From Lama glama (Eukaryota): a DNA stretch of 64,000 nucleotides. The stretch is taken from NCBI GenBank assembly GCA_028534125.1, contig CM052818.1:11968001-12032000 (forward strand), in the 5' to 3' direction. The notes under the pieces were generated by a model, which did not search any database, had not been told where the DNA came from, and saw only the letters and a program-made list of their open reading frames with translations. This document shows positions 51,101 through 61,987 of the stretch, one piece after another. The stretch's first letter is position 1. Each line of letters starts with the position of its first letter. A program made the translations under genes and the position numbers.

Positions 51101-52763
51101 TAAAATTAAAAAAACGACTGACAAACTCCAAATAATGGGGAGGATGTGGAGTGCCTGGAACTCACATACGTTACTGGTGGGAATATAAAATGGGAAGTAT
51201 TTGTTAGCTTTTTATGAAGTTAAACATTTATCTGCCCCATGACCCAGCAATTCCACTTCTCAGGACAAACAAAACATGTCCATAGACGGACTTGCATCAG
51301 AATATTCATAGCAACTATATTCATGGCTACAGCCAGGTGCAGCCCAGGTGTCCACTAATAGGAGAATGGATATGCAAATTATGATGTAGCTATACTACGG
51401 AGTACTACTCAACAAGAAAAAGAACAAATGCAAGAGTATGGGTAAACTTCAAAAATAACATGCTCAGAGAAGGAAGCCAGACACATACTGTATGAGTATG
51501 TGTATGTGAAATTCTAGAAGAGGCAAAACTAATCTAGTGGTGAAGTCAGAATATCAGAAAAGTGGTTGTTTCTGGGAGAAGGGGACTGACATGACAGAAA
51601 AGGAACAAAGAACTTTCTGGAGTAATAAAATCTACACACACCTATCGCATTGCCACCCCAATGAAAATGAATCCATTTCTTTGCTTGCAACCCGGGCATC
51701 AGTATTCTTATAGTCCTGCCTCCCTCCACACACAGGTGATACTGGCTGAAAAAGGGCACTCAATCTAAATTTTGTCACCAAGCAATATCTGTCTTTGATT
51801 TTAGAAATGGGAACTATAAAAAGTGTCCATTTGAAGTAGATTCCTTCATATCAACTTAAAAAATAAAACAAAAAACAAATGATGCTACTGTTGTTTTGTA
51901 TCAGAGTAAATGCAAGATTCCTATTAGTACTAAAAAAGCATTTCTCTCTAGATAAGCTTGTATGCTTGCTGGTTAGAGGAGACATGTCTAACTTGTACGC
52001 TTCTAGTTTTTGCCTTGGCTGCCCAGAAGTTCAGAGCCAAATTCAACGCTCAGTTTAGTGATTAACATCCCAACTGCTTGATTAACCAGTTTTTTTTTCA
52101 GGGGGTGGTTAGAGAGCCTTGGGAGATAGAATTATCTTGTTCTATATTGTAAATGACCTCAAATCATTTGGGGCAAATGATGTGTAAATTATATGTAAAA
52201 TGTTGGCTATTTTGGAAAAACGCTTTTTTCATTGCAGGTATAAATACCTTGCATGCTTCTCTTTCTTGTCAAAAAGGGTTAGATTAAGAAAGGCTTTTGG
52301 TGTTGCTTGAATGAGTCATCTGCTAAAGGTGAGTCACTAGACAAATGATGGAATAATATAAAAAAATACATCATTTAAAAATATAGCCACACTGACAGAG
52401 ACACTCTCACATTGGATTATGAGTTAAGACTGGAAGAACCAGTCTAATGTAAAAGTCTAATGCAAAAATATGGAATATGAGGAGTCACTTATGGATCAAA
52501 GGAGGCATTAAAAATTTCAGTGCACATTACATTCTCAGGCTAAAGAAAGAAATCGGATCTGTATGCAGATGTGCTCACTGTCATTCTGTTTCTATGATAA
52601 CTTGGCTGCTTTGATTTTATCCACTGGATAGGATATTTTCTGTCCCTTCTCATTTAACAAAACCTTGGCCCCCAAGAGAAAATAAAACGTCCTTACTCCC
52701 AAAGGGCATATCCGAATGTAACACTAAGGGAGAAGTCGGCAGCGGCGGCAGCACACCTCTCAC

Positions 52764-52925
52764 CTGCGGCGGGTCACGGCTGGGCAGCCCCGTCGGCTCC
52801 TCCTCTCCCTGAACTCTTCTCCGCGCTGCACAGGACTCGGCACTTCTCTCACTGGGGACTTGTTTTCCTATTACCCTATTTTGCATCTGATTGACTTGCT
52901 TTGTTGTAGCCTTTCGTGAATCAAC
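52764..52925 (-). CDS. VRK2: VRK2 coding exon (exon 12 equivalent, 162 bp)
   Basis: Minus strand caacag|GTT GAT TCA...CCG CAG|gtgaga; VDSRKATTKQVNQMQNRVIGKQVPSERSAESCAARRRVQGEEEPTGLPSRDPPQ; phase 0/0 fits neighbours. Confidence 0.92.
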
Positions 52926-55900
52926 CTGTTGATACAGAGTAAGTAGTAATATATAATGAAAACTTTTGACACTTATAAAAAAAATGCATTCATGTCCAGA
53001 TTCTTGAAAATTCTGTACTTGCCAAGCTTTGGGGAAAAAAAAAAAAAAAAGGAAGAAGCAAAGAGGAAACCAACAAATGGAAGTCAGAGAAAAATATAGT
53101 CGTTGGCAAGATCCAAGCCTTTTCTCCTCAGGAGGACAAGACCAATTAAAATTAGTGTCACTGTTGTGCACTCCTTAGAAATTATCTCTACAGATAACTT
53201 GCTTATTGAAAACGGCATTTTTACAGAAAACTGTCACATTTTAAAACTGCACATGAATTCATTATTAACCTTTGCTGGGAGTAGATCCAGTACATCTTTT
53301 TAGTTTAAATTCTTATTAATTAGAATCTTAGTCTTCTATCACTGCAGTGAGTCTAATTAATGTGAACATATGAAAGGAGCTTACGATGTTGCTTACTTTC
53401 TTACACAGGTAATTTAACCTTTGAGCAGATGGATAACAGTCCATGTCATCTAATACTGTGTACCAGTATCAGAGGTTAAATTCTATGACTTGCTGTCTCT
53501 AAGGCTTCTTTTTCACACCATGGTGTTATCTGGGGGATGACTGACTCTCAATAACCTCGAAGTAGACACGGAAATAGGAGGGCAGATCCCACAATACAGT
53601 TGGAAGATTGAAAGCCACAGTGAAGATCCTTATGTGAAGCATTTGTTCAGCAGCTTCATGCTTACAGCAGCTGGAAGTGCCATCACCTTTTTTCATGGGT
53701 TAAATAGGGGGCAGAAGACAGGAACAGCACGAGGGGAAATAATGGAGTAGCCAGTGCCAAACTGGAGAATGAATTACATCGGCGGGGCAAGCAGAGCCTT
53801 AATTTGTAGTCTCAATTTTTAGCTTCTATTGCCAAGTGTGTTCACTCCTTCCCTTTAAAATATGCTGGTGTTTTGTGGCTAGGTCTAAGTTGTCACAACA
53901 CCATTCTTTATCCACCCCTCCTCCTTGATCCAAGCTTCTCAAAGGATAGCAAAGCCACTGCTTCTCAGTAACCTGAAAATTGGAATTGCTTTCTGGTCAC
54001 TCAGGAGTTCATTTCTACCTCTCAACTCCTAGGAAAATCCATGTGTAACCACCTTCTGAGCCAGTTTTCCACTGAAGTCATCTTGGCAATAAATGCCCAT
54101 CATACCGCTAGTGTGAAACAGAGGGTTTCCCAAGGCTGCAGTACACGGTTCTACCCTAATAAAATGCTGGCTTGCCAATCACGATGAAATGTGTTCTGTG
54201 ATATAAAGGATTCGTTGAGATATTAATTGAGGTTTTTAGAGCCTCCTATATGTGAGGCACTTGAGGCATAACAGTTTTTTGGCCTAGGAGCTTCTGATGT
54301 GCAAACAAAATTTGGTCTAATGTATTCAATCCTCTTTGAGACCTCCTGGATCTCCTGTCAGTTGGCTGGATGGTTAAGTTGTGCTGCCATGAGCACTTCT
54401 AGCTAATAATCAAAATGATACCCAGTTTATGGAAAATTTCTATTTCTAGGGAAACTTTTAAAATGGTAAGTGAAGTGGGATGATGAAGTTTAACTCTTAA
54501 TTGTGAACAGAGTAAAACTTGTTCTCAAAGATATAAAAGTAAATATAGAAAACACGCCAGGCACCCCACATCATCAATTAGAAAGATACTCTCCAAACCT
54601 GTGTCATTTTCAAGACAGTGGCTATTCATATAAAGTACTTTTAACTTAATTTTCCATTGGCATGCCACCCTGTTCTACAAAATAAGCAATACTTTTGGAC
54701 TCCTAAAGCAAAAATGTGCTTATAATTAAGAATTTATATCCTCTTTCTCACACAGAGAAAATAAATATAAAAACAAGTTTAACAGAACTATTTTGAGAAT
54801 TAAAGCTCAAGAAAGAATTCTGTAAATTTTTAAGTTCAATACAAAGATTACTACTACCGATAATAATATATTCACCCCTGGACTTGCCATGTGAACCCAC
54901 AGATCTAGGGTGAACTAACTTTCCGCCTGAAACGTAGGACAGCTTGAACACTTTAACCATGACCCCACAGCTACTCCTCTGCCAGGTAAAGCATGTAGGG
55001 AGGATGGCTCATCATGAGGCTGTCGATACCATTATGCTATGGATTCAGGTATCAATACAAGGAGGGAGAACTGATAAACTGATAAAGGGATCCAGCACCG
55101 TGGAGGAAAGACCTTATTCAAGGGTTCAGCTGGGGCCTCCAGGAATGCTAGTTCCCAGCATGGCTTCAGCGTTTTCCTCTGGGAATCCTAGAGCTTTGGC
55201 TCACCTCAATAAGCATTCTTACTGAATATGGTTTCCTTCAGTGAATTCTGGACATTAAATCCAGCGGATGGCATAGCTGGACTGTGGTGGCCCTGACGAC
55301 AGGTTCCTGTAATTTGGCAAAGCTACCTCAGGAGCCGTCAGAACCACTGGCGAGTAACTGCAGCTACACTCAGCCACACCGCTCATTTCAATTGAGGCAA
55401 ATACCCCCAAAGATTTGCTTTTCAGAAAACAAACAAACAAACAATGTCTCTACTATCTGGAGAGTTTAACATCAATACGTATTTGAGGACTTCAAGAAGA
55501 AGGCTCAGTAATAGGGAAAGTTTATGGTGCCCAGTAAGTAAAGCCCGGTGTTGGAAAAATGCCTCATTTTTCTTTTGTGAAAAGATGCTGTTTGCTGAGA
55601 TTCTTACGGTGATATGTTACTTTCTAATACCTAACCAAAACATATTTTTGTTATAACTGCTAAATTTAAAAGGCACAAAACACTTATACTTAGGAAAATA
55701 ACACTAAAAAAATTAAACATTTAAGACTTTCCTTTGAATACTCAATTGTAGATACATTTTATTAGAGGCTAAATGTTTTCAGGCCCACTGACTTTTTTAA
55801 GTATCTTTATCCATAAAGTACAAGTCCAGAGTTCATTCTTTATTCTCTTAAATAACTAGATCCATGTACAGAGTAATTAGAAACGTCTTTAGCTACTAAC

Positions 55901-57992
55901 AAAGGGAGTCTGTCTAAAAAGAGAGAAATGTGTGGCTATGTGAGTGAAACTCATTCTGGACTTAAAAATGATTTTGTTATGGAAGTAATCAGTTGTGGAA
56001 ACTATCCTGTACTTGTATCATTTAGGACAGTTTATACCGTCATACTTTGCTTTTGATCATTTTCAAGTTTGGTTTTTGCAGCATTACAAAATCTGTAAAC
56101 TTTTAAAATAAAAATTAAGATATTTAAGAGGTTTGTTCACATATGGTAAGCCTATATTTTATACTGTAATTATTAAATATATTAGTGTACTCAAAATACT
56201 CAAGAAATAAAATCATTATTCAATAAATATCAATCTGCTGTGAAAAATACCCCCAGTTCATCTTACTGTCTGTATATCGAGGTTGATCATATGGTTAACA
56301 GATATTAAGGTCTTAGGAGTGCATATTATTCTTAGTGTTAAAGTGCTCCAATCAAAAGGGGAAAAAAAAATATTTTCGACTGAATCTCATTGGAAAAATG
56401 TTTTACGTTCTATCTCTGCATATAAAAATGTTTTCACAACAAGCATCCTTTGAATTTGATGAAACTGAAAATTCTGGTGGATAATAATTAGAATTTTATA
56501 TCAGAGGATATAGCTATCGGTTTTTAAAATGGCTTCTTTTATATTTCAATTAAGTTTATGAAACTGAAAAACTACAAAGAAGGAAAAATCGACTTAAATT
56601 AGCGTAGATTAAGTGATGACCATTATTGCAAGGGGAATACTACGTCAAGGAAATAGCTCTTTGTTTTGTTGCAAAAGTGATAAAAACACAAAAGTCAATA
56701 AAACTGTTAAAATAAGTCTCAGTAATTACCAAGATCAAAATCCAGTGGCTTTTTATTAAACATGAACTTTTGTTCTGCCTTCTGCAATACGTAAATAGTG
56801 CTGACAATTGGTTTGTGAGGCACTTGCTACAATAAAATGTAATTGTATCATGAGAGAAAGGTGACAATCAGGAGATCATGAAAAAATTACATATTCTCAC
56901 TGGTAGTTAATTAGCCATGCAAAACCTCCTCAAACAGATATTCTCTTCTATTAGGAATGATTACTATGCAGGCCTACAGATGTCAATACCACAGTCATTC
57001 AAATACTTCTTTCCCTACTAATTGAAGGTTGTAAAGCTCTGGTGCCAAGGTTTTGCTTCCAAAGAGCTAATTTATGACTAGAAGGATATTTTATGTCTTC
57101 AGTTGCAGCAGCTACAAAATTCAGCAAATCAGAACCATCTGTGCACTGATACTTGACTCACCATTCATCTAGCAGCCTATCAGTCACATTAGTTTGCATC
57201 CTGCATTCTTGGCTCATGAACACTTGTGATGATCCAAAGTTCATAAGAAATATTAAAAATGAATGGCATCCTGACCCTACCTTATTGTACAAGCATCAGG
57301 GAAAAAAGCCCTATTTTTTTTTTTTTTAAACATATGAGCAGTGTCAAGGTGGGGTTGGATGTTTAGCTGCCTGTCCAGTAATGTTGCTGAGAGCAGTCTC
57401 AGGTTTCCCCCACCCTCCTAAAAAAATGTTTCCTTTTAATTCTTTCGTATTGTTTCAAGTTCTAATTCTTTTTTTTCTTAATGTTGCTGTGAGGGAGTCA
57501 GTTGGAAGACAGAGTAAAGGAGAAGTAAATTGAAAGTAACTTTTTAAAAAAAAAAGAATTGTTTCTATAGATTGAAATATCTGCACATACAAATAACTGG
57601 TTAAATCTAAGAATATTACCACTACCACCAAATTATGGCCAAACGAGTATGCAAAAACAGAGGAGTGACTAAAGAAAATCTGAAGAAAAGCAGCAAGAAA
57701 AGGCTTTCATGAATGAAGTCAGGTTGGCCTTTGATCTTACCCGAGACCTGCCTCTCTGACATCAGTGAGTGCTTTAGTTCTTTCAGATGCACAAGAGGAC
57801 ACAGATTCTTTTTTTTTCTAAGAGACAATAGGTCAAAAGAACTTTTCACAAAATTTCTTGAAGCTGAGTTAGGGGATATGCAAATTAAATATACTAAGCA
57901 AGAAACAGGGTTGTCAGACTCGTTTTGACACCTAAAAAACTTCATTTGGTAGAAAAGCTTCACAGAAGGTAATTCCAGGGACAGTTACTTAC

Positions 57993-58159
57993 CTTTGGAT
58001 TGTTTGGAGCAGGCATATTTAAGCTCTCTTCTTTAGTGGAAAACTCCAGTGGTCCTAATGGCATTCCATCTGGATTCAGAATTTTCCTGAGCATTTGATA
58101 GTTTGGCTTTTCATCATATGCTAAATCACGAGCACACAGCAAATACTGCGCTACTTCAC
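57993..58159 (-). CDS. VRK2: VRK2 coding exon (exon 11 equivalent, 167 bp), end of kinase domain
   Basis: Minus strand tcacag|GT GAA GTA...CCA AAG|gtaagt; EVAQYLLCARDLAYDEKPNYQMLRKILNPDG..., with the VRK/CK1-family LxYxEKPxY motif. Confidence 0.96.
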
Positions 58160-60293
58160 CTGTGAAGTATCACATTTTTTTCAGTATGTCATTCATAATT
58201 GGCAAGAATTGTCAAGACTCCAATATCCGCAAAATCTCGGTTGTTTTTTCTCTTACACATGCGTGCACTCACATCCACGCACACACCTTGAAGAAACTAA
58301 GAATGAACAGTTCGATGAAAAGCACTTTTTAAATAATACCCTCAAAGGACTGGAATACAGTGACCTACAGATTTGATAAGATGGGGGAAACTGGTGGGTT
58401 TGTTTTTTTCCCCCACGTATCTTTGTTGATATGTTTACAAATTCATTAATCTTATCAAGGGAAGCAAATATTTAAAATCATAGTGATTTTGATTTATGGG
58501 GTGCAACAACTAAGAACTATATGAATAATAGACTAATCATGCTTCATAACTCTTTTCATGTTGAAGTTTTTAAAATTCAGTTAAAAACAAGTGTTACTTA
58601 TTATAAACCTCCTTAAAGGAAAAAAAACATTGTAAATTTTAATTAAGGCTTTGATTTTGAGATTACAACAGTATGTTTAGAAATGACCTTGAATTCTACA
58701 TTTTTAGCTGTGACTGACTTTAGAATTTGCCAAACCTCACTCAAATCCTCCATACATAGCTAGCCCAGTGCAATGACCAAACAGTCTTCCTGATTTAGAG
58801 CACAAGGATGAAAAGCTGCCCTTTTTTTCTCTAACATAATCCTTTCCCTAGAATGATATATTAACTCTCGCCCCATGAAAAAGTTGTGAATGAGAAACTT
58901 ACAGTACATGTGGAATCAGTAACCAAAACTTATGAACATAGCCACTTAAAACATAGTTTACGTTTTTTTTTCAGGTGGAGGTTCGATCTGAGATACAAGT
59001 GATCATACTGTACACTGTTTAAAAACTGGCATGTTGTCATTTGTTCACAGAGACGTTTAGATACGTCATAACCTAATTTTTACAAGACTTTCCTCTTCAA
59101 GAGCTTATTACTGACCCAGACACAAGTTCCTCTGTCTCACTGAGTTGTTTATGTCCTACGGTGGGGAAACCTGCGAAGCTTCCTGGGCTGGCACAGTGGC
59201 TTCCTAAGCCTTCACTTCCCCTCCAGGCCGACCTCCACTCTAGTGGGCAACAGCAGACTCACCGGCTTTCACTCCCTCTGGGAAAAACCCCACAGGAAGC
59301 AGTCATCATCTCTCCCCCCGAGGAAAGTGAGAGAGTGACAGTTTCAATGTCCACAACTGTCTTCTAGGAACATAAGGCTGTTGTGGCTAAAATGAAAACT
59401 CTTGGCTCCAGAGTTTTTTGATTGGTGGTGTGATTCTGCAGCCTCCTTTTGTCCTCTCTGAGGTACAAGATGAATTTGTTATCAAGCATTCGCTCAACCA
59501 GATCTCTATTAACTAGCAAGTGCTGCTGCTTCATCACATTATAACTCCAGGAGCCCTTTCTGGGGCATCCAATTCCTGAAGAGACGATCAAAAAAAAGAT
59601 TAAATTCCACTCATTACTATTTTAATATAAATACTCTGTTGTTCTCTGTCTCTTGCCCAGTTTGGCATATATGACATTTCTATTAACCCAAATCTCCCAA
59701 ATGGAGAAGAGAGCTGAATTTGCTGGGTACACTTTTCACAGATCCTGTTAGAAGACAACGGCAAACTCCTGGCACTCCAGCAGCCGTGCGGCAAAGCCTT
59801 CGCGGGGCTGGGCCTTGAAAAACCAAGGTACCAGTGAGGTGGGAGAGGCAGAAAAAGACAAGAGCCACCTCTGTTATAAATTTATCATTATAAGCCTGAA
59901 GCTTGGACTATCGGGATAAAGTACTGGTTTAAATGTCAGCCTTTTAAGATCTGGATTTATTAATGAGGTACACCTTTTAATTTACTAACATATTTCCAGA
60001 GCTATAAAACAAAATGCTTTGAGTAGTACAAAATTAGGATATTCTTGAATCACCTGCTTTTTAAGCTAGTGAAATGCCAAGTATCATCACTGACTGTCAT
60101 TTCAAGAGACAGAAACTTCCGAAACTTACTACACTGAGTTGGATGTGTATGTTGCAAACTTCTCAGCTGTTCTATTTCATAAAATATCTCAGTAACAGAC
60201 CTTTTGTAAATCAGATTAATTTTCATGTTAACAGTACCCACTCTCCTAAGCACAGCCAACTAACTTGAGACCCTCAGTTAATAAAGTTTTGGC

Positions 60294-60424
60294 ATTTTGT
60301 GCTTTAGAAATAGAAATCTGCATTTTATAAATAATAGTATAGACTCAAATGGTTTGTACTGAAAAAGAGGAGACTGGTACTCCTTCCGTCATTTCTTCCA
60401 TCACTCAAATCTTCTTATCTCTAG
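60294..60424 (+). repeat. 131-bp dispersed direct repeat, copy 1
   Basis: attttgtgctttagaaatagaaatctgc...ttatctctag; 8 mismatches to copy 2 by manual comparison. Confidence 0.95.
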
Positions 60425-61436
60425 CAACAGCAGTGCCCCAGAATATACACGGGCCCATGAGCAATTATCTTATACAATCCAGGGCTTCAGGTCTTTTTTT
60501 CTAATCCTAAACTGAACAGTTACCTTTCGTGCAGGAAGGACAGGAAAAGTAAGAGAGAGACGTGATTAAAAAAATTTTTAAACATCTCTCCTCTCGTTTT
60601 TGCTGTCCTATTGAGTGAAGCATAAGCTGTATGACTTGGTAAAAACACCAATGAGAATGTTAGCCAAAAAGGGTACTGGCATATTGACAGAGTTACTCAG
60701 TGCAGTTACATAAATGAAAAACTTTCATCTTGCAACCCATGCCCCCAGGTGAGAACACTGCTCTCCCATCTGCCTCGCTCGGTCATAAGGAAAGGGACAA
60801 CAGAGAGTGGGAAGGAGAAGGCTCACTTATGGGGCGGACTTATGGGGCTTGGGAAATGGAGGTGGGAAAGCAGAACGGGGTGGTTCCTCTTTCTTCTCCT
60901 AAGGAAATGAAAATTGTGGTTTCTTGTCAAAGAAGGGCTGTAAATATGTTTAAGATGACTTAACTCTACTTTGAAACTCTTAGGTAGAAACTGACACTAT
61001 TTGACCTTAGCTAGAGGGTCAGTTACATATTTACTCTCAGGAGTCAGCTAAAAGCTAACTCTGAAAATGCCTGCTGTAAGTGGGGAACAAGACACTCTGC
61101 TTCTCTGTCTCCAGGAGAAAGCAAGCCTGACAGCGGAGGCGGGCTCTTTCTGCAAGACAGTCTAACTCGGCTGTTACATTGGTGCTGAACAACATGCCAC
61201 ACGGCACTTGGGCAGTTCTGAACTGACTTACTATTCTTACTGAAAAACACTGTCAATTAAAGAATTCCAAAATGGTCCATACTAACATGTAAGAGAAAAC
61301 CGTTTAACAAAATAGACCTCCGATTCCCAAGGACATATGCCTTTGCCGATCCTGTTTTTTTGATGGCTGTTCAGTCAGAGTGTAACCCAGGTCAGAATAG
61401 CACTGAATGGTTTGGTTTTTTAAATTGTCAGTTGAA

Positions 61437-61567
61437 ATTTTGTGCTTTAGAAATAGAAATCTGCATTTTATAAATAATAGTATAGACTCAAATGGCTTGT
61501 ACTGAAAAAGAGGAACCTGGTACTCCTCCCATCATTTCTTCTATCACTCAAACCATCTTATCTCTAG
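61437..61567 (+). repeat. 131-bp dispersed direct repeat, copy 2
   Basis: Same sequence 1143 bp downstream of copy 1, no indels. Confidence 0.95.
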
Positions 61568-61934
61568 TCTTTTCTTATTAGATAAACTTTATGTTCTTTC
61601 AACAACATATGGAGGAACAAAAACAAAATAGGCAGCTCTAGAAATACCAGATATGGCTGACCATTAAATCTGTGCATGGTTCCCAAAATGTGTGTCTAAA
61701 AGAAAACAATGCAGTCAACAGAGCTGAGAACTCTGCCTGAATATGTTCTTGCAGCATTCTTGTGTCCTGATGAAAACAGGATCTAAACATTCTCCTCTCT
61801 AACAACCTATCCGTAACCCGGAAGACATTCCTCCCACCTCTGTGGGAACGGGTACAGCAAAAGCTACAAAACAGGAGTGACACATGTGATGGCTTGTAAA
61901 TCAAACAGAAGGTGGAAGTTATCATTTGACTTAC

Positions 61935-61987
61935 TGCTTCCGGAAGGAGCCCATTTAAGCACTGACTCGGGGAGCTCATCCAGCAGA
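61935..61987 (-). CDS. VRK2: VRK2 coding exon (exon 10 equivalent, 53 bp)
   Basis: Minus strand ttttag|T CTG CTG GAT GAG CTC CCC GAG TCA GTG CTT AAA TGG GCT CCT TCC GGA AGC A|gtaagt; LLDELPESVLKWAPSGS(S); phase fits next exon. Upstream VRK2 exons were not seen in the window. Confidence 0.93.

Larger units (their letters stand above)
44540..51640 (+). mobile_element. Cluster of several old L1 copies (ORF1, 5'UTR-like, repeated ORF2 segments, 3'UTR)
   Basis: ORF1-like 45030-45600; ORF2 endonuclease 46490-46730; PGPDGF-type motif at 48246 and 49250; RQGC-type motif at 49740; 3'UTR to ~51640. Confidence 0.85.

Noticed and set aside
52650..53171. 173-aa minus-strand ORF as a standalone gene
   Set aside because: Only 52764-52925 is VRK2 exon with splice sites; the flanks are intronic read-through including a homopolymer run
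60294..61567. LTR retroelement with 131-bp LTRs
   Set aside because: Repeats lack shared TG...CA ends, primer-binding site, polypurine tract and a flanking TSD; no gag/pol remnants inside
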